Of a DNA stretch of 64,000 bases, positions 56,107 to 64,000 are shown in pieces. The position numbers were made by a program, and so were the translations under genes. Position 1 is the first letter of the stretch. Every line of letters starts with the position of its first letter. The notes under the pieces were generated by a model, which worked only from the letters and a program-made list of their open reading frames with translations, did no database searches and was not told the origin of the DNA. The stretch comes from an uncultured Oscillospiraceae bacterium. GTDB taxonomy: Bacteria > Bacillota > Clostridia > Oscillospirales > Ruminococcaceae. The stretch lies in NCBI GenBank assembly GCA_900543705.1, contig UQSL01000002.1:34296-98295 (forward strand). The letters are read 5' to 3'.

Positions 56107-58428
56107 ATGAAGCTCGGCAAAAAAATCGCGGCGGCGTCCATGGCGGCAGTGCTTGCGGTTTCCATGAGCGTTCCGTCTTTCGCATACGGCGAGACGACAG
56201 GCAAAAGTCAGCTTTATGACAACACCTCCAATGCAAGCGATTATCAAAACTGGAAATCAAACACTTGGGATGCAGGTGCACGCGCCAACTCCGCGAACAT
56301 CGTGATGACTCCGGGTGCAACGGCAAAGGATCTCAATTTTGCGTGGTACTCTCAGACAAAGGGCAGTCCGGCAGTAAAGATTTCCAAAACACCCGATATG
56401 TCCGATGCTACCGTGTTCGACGGCACCGCACTCGATATCAACCGCACCAACACCAGCGGTAAAACGTATGTTGCTGCAAACCATGTCAGTGTGGAAGGCT
56501 TCTTTGAGGAGAACACCACCTACTATTACAGCTACAACGATGACAAGACGAATGAGAGCGGATGGAGCGCAGCGAGAACTTACACCACGCACTCCACTTC
56601 CAGTTTCCAGACGGTTTTGGTCGGCGACCCACAGATCGGCGCTTCCGGCTCCAACGGAGAGGGAACGATGGACGACAGCAACATTGCCACGGATACCTAC
56701 AACTGGAATAAGACTCTGGATCAGGCGATGAGAACCGCGAGCGGTGCAAGCTTCATCCTCTCCGCAGGCGACCAAATTAACTACTCCAGCGCGGATTCCG
56801 CTGATACTCAGGGAGTTCGCGAGGCTGAATATGCAGGCTTCCTCTATCCGGATGCTCTGCGTGAGATGCCGCTTGCTACCACCATCGGCAACCATGAGAG
56901 CAAGGGAACGGATTACCAATATCACTACAACAATCCGAATAGTACTGACAACCTCGGGGCAACGGAATCCGGTTCGGATTACTACTTTAGCTATGGTGAT
57001 GTCCTTTTCATCAGCCTTAATTCCAATAACCGCAACGTTTCTGAGCACAGAGAGTTGATGCAAAAGGCAGTGGACAGCCACAAAGATGCGAAGTGGAAAG
57101 TTGTGATGTTCCATCATGACATCTATGGCTCCGGCCAGCCTCACTCCGACAGTGACGGCGCAAACGTCCGTGTTCTCTTCGCCCCGCTGATGGACGAGTT
57201 CGACATTGATGTCTGCCTTAACGGCCATGACCACTCCTATGCAAGAACCTATCAGCTGATTGACGGTAAAGTCATCGACTATGGCACCGGCAACACAGTC
57301 AGCGATCCGGAAGGCACCATGTACATCGCAGCCGGTTCTGCGAGCGGCAGTAAATTTTACAACCTCTCCGTTAACAAGCAGTACTACATCGCGGAGCGCT
57401 CCAACAATCAGCTCCCCACCTTCTCTACCATCGACTTCAACGCCAACAGCATGACAATCAAGACCTATGACTACAACGGCAATCCGTATGCGGATACTTT
57501 TACTATCACCAAGAATGTTGATCAGGATTCCCTGCTGGAACTTGTCGGCCAGGCCAAGGCAATTGATACGACTGAGTATACTGAGGGAACAGTTGCGGCA
57601 ATGAATGCGGCTGTTGAGGCTGTCAGCACCCTGCTTGAATCCGAAGAGGACACCGGTGCTGCCCTGCTGAGCGAGAAATATGGAACAGTGGAAGACCCCA
57701 TCTCCTACTATGCGGGCGCTCAGAACCTGACTTCCACCACCGGAGAAAACTACCAGATGCCTTCTGAGTTCCGTACCGACAGCATCACCGGCAGTACCCT
57801 GAAATTTGGTTTCTCCGCACTGCTTGACAAAACCCTGAACAATAATCAGTCGAAAATTAGTGCAACTGAGTTTGACAGCACTTATGCGGCACTAGCAACC
57901 GCCATTTCAAACCTTGCAAAAACATCGGATGCAAAAGCACTGACCGATGCCGTTGCAGATGCACAGAAGAAATATGATGAGGCGGTTGAAGGAAGTGAAG
58001 TAGGACAGTACAAGGAAGGTGCAAAGGCTGCCCTGAAGGCGGCAATCGAAGCGGCAAACACGGTTGCAGACAACAACGCGTCTACCGCAACCGAAATCGC
58101 GGAAGCTATCAGTAGCCTTGAAGCAGCGGTTAACACCTTTGATTCTGCGAAAATTACAGAGATCACCCCGAATCCGGATGACAACAACAGCAGCCAGACT
58201 CCGTCCGACGGCAACAACAGCAGCCAGACTCCGTCTAACGGTAACAACAGCAGCCAGGCTCCGTCTAACGGTAACAGCAGCAACCAGACTGAGTTCAACG
58301 TTAAAAACCCGAATACCGGAGACGTTACGGCAGTTGGGGCACTTGCAGGGCTTGCAGCGCTGTGTGTAATCAGCGGCGGTACCGCGGTTTATCTTCACAA
58401 ACGCCAGAAAAAGGATTCTGAGTTCTAA
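56107..58428 (+). CDS. cell-surface metallophosphoesterase (purple-acid-phosphatase-like N-domain) with sortase-type anchor
   Basis: Signal peptide MKLGKKIAAASMAAVLAVSMSVPSFA. GDQ, GNHE and GHDH motifs. C-terminal NPNTGD + hydrophobic stretch + HKRQKK. Confidence 0.8.
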   Translation: MKLGKKIAAASMAAVLAVSMSVPSFAYGETTGKSQLYDNTSNASDYQNWKSNTWDAGARANSANIVMTPGATAKDLNFAWYSQTKGSPAVKISKTPDMSDATVFDGTALDINRTNTSGKTYVAANHVSVEGFFEENTTYYYSYNDDKTNESGWSAARTYTTHSTSSFQTVLVGDPQIGASGSNGEGTMDDSNIATDTYNWNKTLDQAMRTASGASFILSAGDQINYSSADSADTQGVREAEYAGFLYPDALREMPLATTIGNHESKGTDYQYHYNNPNSTDNLGATESGSDYYFSYGDVLFISLNSNNRNVSEHRELMQKAVDSHKDAKWKVVMFHHDIYGSGQPHSDSDGANVRVLFAPLMDEFDIDVCLNGHDHSYARTYQLIDGKVIDYGTGNTVSDPEGTMYIAAGSASGSKFYNLSVNKQYYIAERSNNQLPTFSTIDFNANSMTIKTYDYNGNPYADTFTITKNVDQDSLLELVGQAKAIDTTEYTEGTVAAMNAAVEAVSTLLESEEDTGAALLSEKYGTVEDPISYYAGAQNLTSTTGENYQMPSEFRTDSITGSTLKFGFSALLDKTLNNNQSKISATEFDSTYAALATAISNLAKTSDAKALTDAVADAQKKYDEAVEGSEVGQYKEGAKAALKAAIEAANTVADNNASTATEIAEAISSLEAAVNTFDSAKITEITPNPDDNNSSQTPSDGNNSSQTPSNGNNSSQAPSNGNSSNQTEFNVKNPNTGDVTAVGALAGLAALCVISGGTAVYLHKRQKKDSEF
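58178..58290 (+). repeat. in-frame 30-bp tandem repeat (about 3.7 copies) encoding (D/N)GNNSSQ(T/A)PS
   Basis: CCGTC(C/T)(G/A)ACGG(C/T)AACAACAGCAGCCAG(A/G)CT repeated at 58201, 58231 and 58261, with a partial copy before. Confidence 0.8.
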
Positions 58429-58464
58429 AAAACAGTGAGACTGCCGGAACGCATTTTCGGCAAA

Positions 58465-58500
58465 GTACAGGAGCGGGATGTCCCGCCCCTGTACTTTCGT
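58465..58500 (+). terminator. terminator of the phosphoesterase gene
   Basis: GTACAGGAGCGGGA-tg-TCCCGCCCCTGTAC followed by TTTCGTTT. Confidence 0.55.
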
Positions 58501-58522
58501 TTCCATAAGGAGGACAAATGGG

Positions 58523-59677
58523 ATGACGTTTTACCATCCTGCCAATAAAAAAGAGTGGGTTGGACATATCATAGCGGTGAGTTTCGTTGTCATGTTTTTA
58601 TTGTTCCTGGTGTTTTTTAATTTCGGAATAAAACGGACGCCGTTGCTCGCAGAAGATGGAATGACCTTTGAAAAAGCAAAAGTTGTCGCAGTGCTACAGG
58701 ATAACCTGGATGCAGATGGTACCCGTTCCGGCAGCCAGCTGCTGCAAGTGGAGATCACCTCCGGGCAGTATCGAGGAACCGTCTGTGAAGCGCAGAACAT
58801 CGCAGGCTATCTTTACGGCGCGCAGTGCGAGGTTGGGACAAAAGTCATTGTGCAGGTCAGCGAATATGGCGGGAATTTCTCCGCGAATGTCTACAATTAT
58901 GACAGGGGAATGACTCTATATGGATTAGTAGGGCTGTTTTTATTGGTACTCTGTATTATCGGCGGCAAAAAGGGAATCATGTCGGCGGTATCCCTAGTAT
59001 TTACTTTTATCTGTATCATCTTTCTCTATGTCCCGATGATGTATATCGGGTACTCGCCATTTTGGGCGGCAACGCTGGTCGTTGTTTTTACAACCCTTGT
59101 TACGATGTACTTTATCGGCGGTTTTTCTGTGAAAACGGCCTGCTCTGTACTTGGAACCATTGCAGGCGTCGTAGTGGCGGGAGCCATTGCCATGATTTTT
59201 GGCAATCTGTCGCATATTTCCGGGATGAATGTCCCGGAAATCGAGACAATGATTGTCATTGGTCAAAATAGCAAGCTGCAGATTGGAGGGGTCATGTTTT
59301 CCGGAATTCTCATTGCCTCCCTTGGTGCAGTCATGGATGTGAGTATGTCGGTTGCCTCGACCATCAATGAAATTTACCTTCATAACCCGAGGCTCACGGC
59401 AAAACAGCTCTTTACCGCAGGTATCCATGTCGGAAGGGATATGATGGGAACCATGTCCAACACCTTGATTTTGGCATTCACCGGCGGTTCCATTAATACG
59501 TTGATGATTATCTTTGCGTACAGTATGCCGTACTTGCAGGTCATTAACATGTATGATATTGGTATTGAAATTCTACAGGGAATTTCCGGTACGCTTGGAG
59601 TCATTTTAACGGTCCCGTTTGTGTCCATTATCTCTGCGGTCTGGATGACCCACACAAAATCTCCTGTTAAAAACTGA
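58523..59677 (+). CDS. YibE/F-like family membrane protein
   Basis: Start at MTFYHP (TAAGGAGGA RBS). One N-terminal TM, a ~90-aa loop, then 7 TM, as in YibE/F proteins. Confidence 0.55.
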   Translation: MTFYHPANKKEWVGHIIAVSFVVMFLLFLVFFNFGIKRTPLLAEDGMTFEKAKVVAVLQDNLDADGTRSGSQLLQVEITSGQYRGTVCEAQNIAGYLYGAQCEVGTKVIVQVSEYGGNFSANVYNYDRGMTLYGLVGLFLLVLCIIGGKKGIMSAVSLVFTFICIIFLYVPMMYIGYSPFWAATLVVVFTTLVTMYFIGGFSVKTACSVLGTIAGVVVAGAIAMIFGNLSHISGMNVPEIETMIVIGQNSKLQIGGVMFSGILIASLGAVMDVSMSVASTINEIYLHNPRLTAKQLFTAGIHVGRDMMGTMSNTLILAFTGGSINTLMIIFAYSMPYLQVINMYDIGIEILQGISGTLGVILTVPFVSIISAVWMTHTKSPVKN

Positions 59678-59703
59678 TCAAATAATCCTGTCAAAATCTT
59701 AGG

Positions 59704-59739
59704 AGGCCGTCGGTTTTATCCGGGCGGCCTTCTTTTTTT
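59704..59739 (+). terminator. terminator of the YibE/F gene
   Basis: AGGCCG...CGGCCT followed by TCTTTTTTT. Confidence 0.5.
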
Positions 59740-60010
59740 GCCTAGTAATACGTATACTCGCAGCTTACAAAAACAGATCTGTTGGCTATGCCATATGTCT
59801 ACTTGTTTCAACTGGCACGAAGCAGATATGGCCACCTACAGTATTTCACAACTGATTCAGAAGATCGTGAAGGGCTATAGCAGTTTGCATTTTGGAGAAC
59901 CGGGAATGTCACGCTGGATTGCTTTGGTGCGCTGGTAAAATACCGTTGAAGCTGTAATACCTGTGACAAAAGTTCTGCTGTATCAGGGCGATATGGTAGA
60001 TTACAAAAGA

Positions 60011-60110
60011 AACGGGCGGGAGAAGTGACCCCAAAAAGTTAGACAATGTGGTATACTGTCTAACTTTTTGGGGTGCAGTTCAGGTTCTCCTGCCCGTTGT
60101 ATCTTTTTTT
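60011..60110. terminator. nested double hairpin (bidirectional terminator-like)
   Basis: Outer arms AACGGGCGGGAGAA / TTCTCCTGCCCGTT. Inner arms CCCCAAAAAGTTAGACA / TGTCTAACTTTTTGGGG. T-runs on both strands. Confidence 0.5.
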
Positions 60111-60123
60111 GTATGTAGTAGAC

Positions 60124-61272
60124 TTATTCGACGATAGAGCCGTTCACCAGAATAGCCTCAGGTATACTGCCGACATCAAAGCAGGAACCGTTCATCACGA
60201 CAATATCTGCATCCTTGCCGACTTCGAGGGAGCCGACTCTGTCCGCAATCCCGATGTGTTTTGCCGGATTAATGGTGATGGCTTTGAGAGCGTCAAATTC
60301 ATCCATCCCGCTCTTAATCGCGAGCGCAGCACACAGCGGCAGATATTCCTGCGGGATAACCGGGGAATCCGTAATGATGGAAACCTGGCATCCAGCTTTT
60401 GCAAGAATACCCGGAGTGGTGAAGGAAATATTCTGAAGCTCAAATTTGGTGGCATGTCCGAGAGACGGGCCGACTGCCATCGGGACATCGTGTTCCTCGC
60501 TGAGCTCATCGACAATCAGATGGCCTTCAGTTACATGCTCCAAGGTGAGTCTGACATTGAATTCCTTTGCAATGCGCAGGGCGGTGAAAATGTCGTTTGC
60601 CTGATGAGCATGTGCTTTGAGGGGGATCTCACGGTGCAGGACAGGAAGCAGCGCATCGAGTTTAAAATCAAACGCCGGCTTTTTGGATGGATCGTCCTTA
60701 GCAGCCTGAAGCTTCTCATCATATTCTTTTGCCTTGAACAGCATCTCACGCAGCTTGGAGGCAGTAGACATTCTGGAAAAATTGTTTTTGTCTTTATAGC
60801 AACGTTTCGGGTTTTCGCCGAACGCACATTTCATGGCGACAACATCTTTGATGATCATCTTGTCGACACGTTTTCCGACCGTCTTGATGGCGGTGAACTG
60901 TCCGCCGAGGACGTTTGCAGACCCTGGGCCTGTGCAGACGGTGGTGACGCCTGCATGAACAGCATGGTCAAAGACCGGATCCATGGGGTTGATAGCGTCG
61001 ATTCCGCGCAGCTGCGGGGTGATGATATCGGTCATCTCGTTGCAGTCGTTTCCCTCGAAGCCGATTCCATATCCGTCAACGCCCATGTGGCAGTGTGCTT
61101 CCACAAAGCCCGGGTAAACGTGTTTGCCAGTGGCATCGATGATTTCGCATCCTACCGGGATGGAAAGATTTTCGCCGATTTCTGCGATTTTCCCGTCTTT
61201 GACAAGAATATCCGCCACATAGGGATCCGAATGAACTGCATCAAAGATGGTGCCGTTTTTTAAACAAACCAT
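60124..61272 (-). CDS. amidohydrolase-family metallohydrolase
   Basis: Start at MVCLKNGTIF (AAGGAGAGGA RBS). PGFVEAHCHMG HxH motif. Typical N-terminal beta-sandwich pattern ILVKDGKIAEIG. Confidence 0.8.
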   Translation of the reverse strand: MVCLKNGTIFDAVHSDPYVADILVKDGKIAEIGENLSIPVGCEIIDATGKHVYPGFVEAHCHMGVDGYGIGFEGNDCNEMTDIITPQLRGIDAINPMDPVFDHAVHAGVTTVCTGPGSANVLGGQFTAIKTVGKRVDKMIIKDVVAMKCAFGENPKRCYKDKNNFSRMSTASKLREMLFKAKEYDEKLQAAKDDPSKKPAFDFKLDALLPVLHREIPLKAHAHQANDIFTALRIAKEFNVRLTLEHVTEGHLIVDELSEEHDVPMAVGPSLGHATKFELQNISFTTPGILAKAGCQVSIITDSPVIPQEYLPLCAALAIKSGMDEFDALKAITINPAKHIGIADRVGSLEVGKDADIVVMNGSCFDVGSIPEAILVNGSIVE

Positions 61273-61468
61273 GGTAATTCCTCTCCTTATTCTCATAATT
61301 ACTTCCATTATAGCGGTTGGATATTACAAACGCAAACGAATAAAGACGAATTTTCGACTAAATTTTTATCTATTTCCTCCAAAGCAAAATAGGGAAGAAA
61401 AGAAACACATCAAAAAAAGTCAAGAAATAGGTTTGTAGAGTATAAAATAACATTATGAGGTGAGGTCG

Positions 61469-61650
61469 ATGGAGGAAAAGCTTCCAAGCAGAGAAGTGGT
61501 CCAGGCAGTTGCAAGGATGCAGCAATATATGCTTGAGCACATCCGGGAACTAATTACACAAAATAGCTTGCCCGCGCAGCTCAGTATTCCCCGTGTTACA
61601 GTGCAAAGCTGTTCATAGCATTGATTGGGATTACTCCATTTGAATATTAA
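61469..61650 (+). pseudogene. fragment of an AraC-family HTH gene (frameshifted, truncated)
   Basis: RBS and ATG give MEEKLPSREVVQAVARMQQYMLEHIRELITQNSL, then a stop. The shifted frame reads AQYSPCYSAKLFIALIGITPFEY, then a stop. Confidence 0.45.
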
Positions 61651-62371
61651 CCATCGTTGGATATGCTCTATACTTGCATCTTATAATTTATATTTCTTTT
61701 CGTGCTTTGATAAAGTCGAGAACAATCAAAAAGAGTTCACATCTGTGCAAGTTGTCCTTGCAATTTTATTATCTATTATTATTTTAGCCATATCACAGGG
61801 GCTATCACTTGCAATTAGTCAGTTACTTCTTAACATTGGCGTATCGCCGTCCATTTGCAATATTCTTGCGGGTGTGCTGTATGCGGTATTCGCTTTTTTA
61901 GGTGCTAAGCTGCTATGCCTAAAGTTACTGAAAACCTCTTCGGACGAATTGAGAATACCTCGTTTTAAGATTAAACCTGTTTGGATTGTATCAGCTCTGG
62001 CAATGCCGGCTCTGGTTTTAGCGATCGCTATGTTGATTGGTGGGCATTGGGAAATCAATACCTTTAATACCACAGACCGCAATGCAACAATTACAGGAGC
62101 CATCTTCTTTTATGGATTGGCAACGGGAATTGTAGAGGAATTGATTTTCCGGGGCATAATCATGGGATGTCTGGAAAAACGGTTCAACATACAAATTGCC
62201 GTCATAGTACCATCTGTTCTTTTTGGGCTGCTTCATATTATCGGAAATGACCTCGATTTTGTGAGTATTATTCAACTACTGATTGCCGGAAGTATTGTTT
62301 CTGTGCGGTCTGGCAGGGCGGCATCTTCTACAATGTCCGTTACGAGCTGCCGGAAGTCATTGGCGTTTTGA
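61625..62371 (+). CDS. CPBP (CAAX/Abi) family intramembrane protease, probably truncated at the 3' end
   Basis: GIVEELIFRG (EExxxR) and FGLLHIIGN motifs. No second His motif. The sequence after ~62290 is the antisense of another gene remnant. Start is uncertain. Confidence 0.5.
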   Translation: MGLLHLNINHRWICSILASYNLYFFSCFDKVENNQKEFTSVQVVLAILLSIIILAISQGLSLAISQLLLNIGVSPSICNILAGVLYAVFAFLGAKLLCLKLLKTSSDELRIPRFKIKPVWIVSALAMPALVLAIAMLIGGHWEINTFNTTDRNATITGAIFFYGLATGIVEELIFRGIIMGCLEKRFNIQIAVIVPSVLFGLLHIIGNDLDFVSIIQLLIAGSIVSVRSGRAASSTMSVTSCRKSLAF

Positions 62372-62740
62372 GAGGTAATCACTGGCTTGCCGGTTTCCGC
62401 TTCAAGGGACTGCCGCGCGATACCGGCCACCTTACCGCCATGCCGGGCAACATCCTGATTTTCAAAAAAGCCCTGCGGGTTTGATACTTTGGAAATGTCC
62501 GTCGTAAGGCTTCCGCAAGCATTGTCAATACCAGCTCCAAATCGCTCATGTTATCGCGGAGGTTTTCTTTTTTCAAGCCTTTCAGCTTTTTATACTGCCG
62601 TGTTGTCATGCCAGACCACGCACGGGAAATCTCGTCCGTCAGGATCGCGTATTCCTTGCCTTTCTCCAACCGCGCTTTTTCCACTCGTCCGTCAGCTCAT
62701 TGCGGATGCAGATTGCCAAAAGCCGCTAAGTTTACCGTAT
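62271..62740 (-). pseudogene. frameshifted remnant of a phage/ICE-associated gene (antirepressor/DinD-like; family assignment uncertain)
   Basis: IRNELTDEWKKRG / EKGKEYAILTDEISRAWSGMTTRQYKKLKGLKKENLRDNMSDLELVLTMLAEA / TTDISKVSNPQGFFENQDVARHGGKVAGIARQSLEAETGKPVITSQNA lie in three frames. Confidence 0.4.
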
Positions 62741-62935
62741 CTTTTTGAAAAAATCTACCTGCAACGCAGCCTACTTCATGGAAAGCTGCCAGTATCTTTG
62801 CCGCTGCCTTTCGGCCTCTTTTTTTCAGCGCATAACCGCTGTTGGATATGCCCTGCGCTTACACTCTATTATTCATATTTTCTGCTTGTACTATTCGAGA
62901 GAACGAATTATAATACTGAGGTTGGAGGTTACAGT

Positions 62936-63111
62936 ATGGATTATATGACTTTGAAAGAAGCTGGTACATATGGGACGTGATCCCTCGATGGATAAATTAT
63001 TACTGTTCTGCGGGCCGTATTCCCGGTGCTGTGAAAATGGGGACTGTCTGGCTGGTTCCAAAGGATGCGGAAAAACCAACGGACAGACGATATAAAGTAT
63101 ACAGGAAGTGA
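62936..63111 (+). pseudogene. excisionase/MerR-like HTH_17 small gene with a frameshift
   Basis: TATAAT box plus GGAGG RBS plus ATG give MDYMTLKEAGTYGT, then a stop. The shifted frame reads WDVIPRWINYYCSAGRIPGAVKMGTVWLVPKDAEKPTDRRYK. Confidence 0.5.
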
Positions 63112-63643
63112 GAACATTATCTTAGATCTGATGCTTCCCGGCAAGAGTGGAAACAGTATCGTTGAAGAAATAAAGCCAAACATAGATACTCCTATTATCG
63201 TTGTTTCGGCAAAGGATGAGTTAGATACAAAGGTAAATCTGCTCTTTTCCGGGGCGGACGACTATATGACAAAGCCTTTTGAAATTGACGAACTTGTAGC
63301 AAGGGTGGCTGTCCAGATTAGAAAACATAGCACAGATAGGCCGGAAACGATCTACCACTATAAAGATATGGTTTTGAATATTACTGAACACAGTATTTCC
63401 GTATCAGGGAACCCCATTTCTTTTACCCGGCAGGAGTTTAAGATTTTAGAGCTGTTGATTACCAATCCCAAACGAGTCTTTTCAAAAAAAGAAATTTATG
63501 ATTATGCGTGGGATGACCTGTATATCGGGGAAGATCGTACCATTAACGTCCATATCAGCAATATCCGTCAAAAAATCAAGGCTTTCTCCGACGAAGAATA
63601 CATTGAAACTGTCTGGGGCGTTGGCTTCAAACTGGCCGACTAA
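63065..63643 (+). pseudogene. OmpR-family response regulator lacking the first ~50 aa of the receiver domain
   Basis: Recognisable from ...NIILDLMLPG onward (phospho-Asp region), then SAKDE, GADDYMTKPF, and a complete winged helix (FTRQEFKILELL...TVWGVGFKL). No start or acidic pocket. Confidence 0.6.
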
Positions 63644-63731
63644 ACCTTGATGATTTCTTAAACATTCCTTGGCTATGTATTTGTAAAGCTGCGATACACT
63701 GTATATAGATCAAGCAAAGGAGGAATACATT

Positions 63732-64000
63732 ATGGAATATCTGCTGTATACGGACTGCTTAACAAAGAAATACAAAAAGCAAGCAGCCATTGATAATGTC
63801 AGTTTGCATATCCGGCGGGGTGAAATTTATGGCCTGATCGGAAAGAACGGTGCTGGCAAGACAACATTTCTCAAAATGATTAGTGGCTTTTCCAAGCCTA
63901 CCAGCGGGGATATTTCCTTTTTCGGGTATCATGGCGCAGAACGTAGCAAGGTTATCTCTCGCATTGGTTTACTGATCGAGGCACCGGGCCTTTACCCTGA
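63732..64000 (+). CDS. ABC transporter ATP-binding protein (bacitracin/lantibiotic-export-like), 5' part; continues beyond the window
   Basis: AAAGGAGG RBS. MEYLLYTDCLTKKYKKQAAIDNVSLHIRRGEIYGLIGKNGAGKTT (Walker A). No stop before nt 64000. Confidence 0.8.
   Translation, partial: MEYLLYTDCLTKKYKKQAAIDNVSLHIRRGEIYGLIGKNGAGKTTFLKMISGFSKPTSGDISFFGYHGAERSKVISRIGLLIEAPGLYP

Noticed and set aside
58178-58290. Regularly spaced 30-bp repeats (considered as a CRISPR-like array)
   Set aside because: The repeats are contiguous with no spacers, are in frame inside a surface-protein gene, and encode a Ser/Asn-rich stalk.
60073-61263. 396-aa plus-strand ORF antisense to the amidohydrolase gene
   Set aside because: The minus strand has a strong RBS and amidohydrolase HxH motifs. 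The plus-strand product has no recognisable features.

Overview
This window looks like chromosomal DNA from a Firmicutes/Clostridia-type anaerobe; the taxon is inferred from gene content and Shine-Dalgarno style only. The main feature is a cobalamin-riboswitch-led anaerobic adenosylcobalamin operon of about 17 kb (36.2-53.4 kb): cbiK-D-L-F-G-H-J-ET-A, cobT-U-S, a short cobU-like gene, then cobC, cbiB, cobD, cobQ, cobO, cbiC. All of these genes are intact. Other housekeeping genes include malQ, gap, a Mn-riboswitch-controlled mntP, PBP1A, mgtA, deoC and two alcohol dehydrogenases. These sit among accessory DNA: a visibly AT-rich islet (7.4-9.7 kb), an ICE RepA_N remnant upstream of mgtA, and a patchwork of broken mobile-element genes at 61.5-64 kb. 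The observation I rate most interesting is a structured non-coding unit of about 89 nt. It occurs twice in tandem upstream of PBP1A and once, on the other strand, upstream of a DUF4317 gene. It shows compensatory base changes and I could not match it to any RNA family I know. Other candidates are listed here.
- A tocopherol-cyclase-like plus FAD/Rieske gene pair.
- An uncharacterised radical-SAM/TIGR03915 DNA-metabolism pair.
- A Zn-dependent secondary ADH with a Rex box and a COG0523 GTPase.
- mgtA co-transcribed with a receiver-less OmpR-type regulator.
- A histidine-kinase-like protein that lacks the phospho-accepting His.
- Homopolymer frameshifts in an ECF sigma/anti-sigma pair.
No tRNA, rRNA or CRISPR array was seen. 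All calls come from reading the sequence and the ORF track. Nothing was computed or searched, and RNA-element coordinates are approximate (about +/-10 nt).
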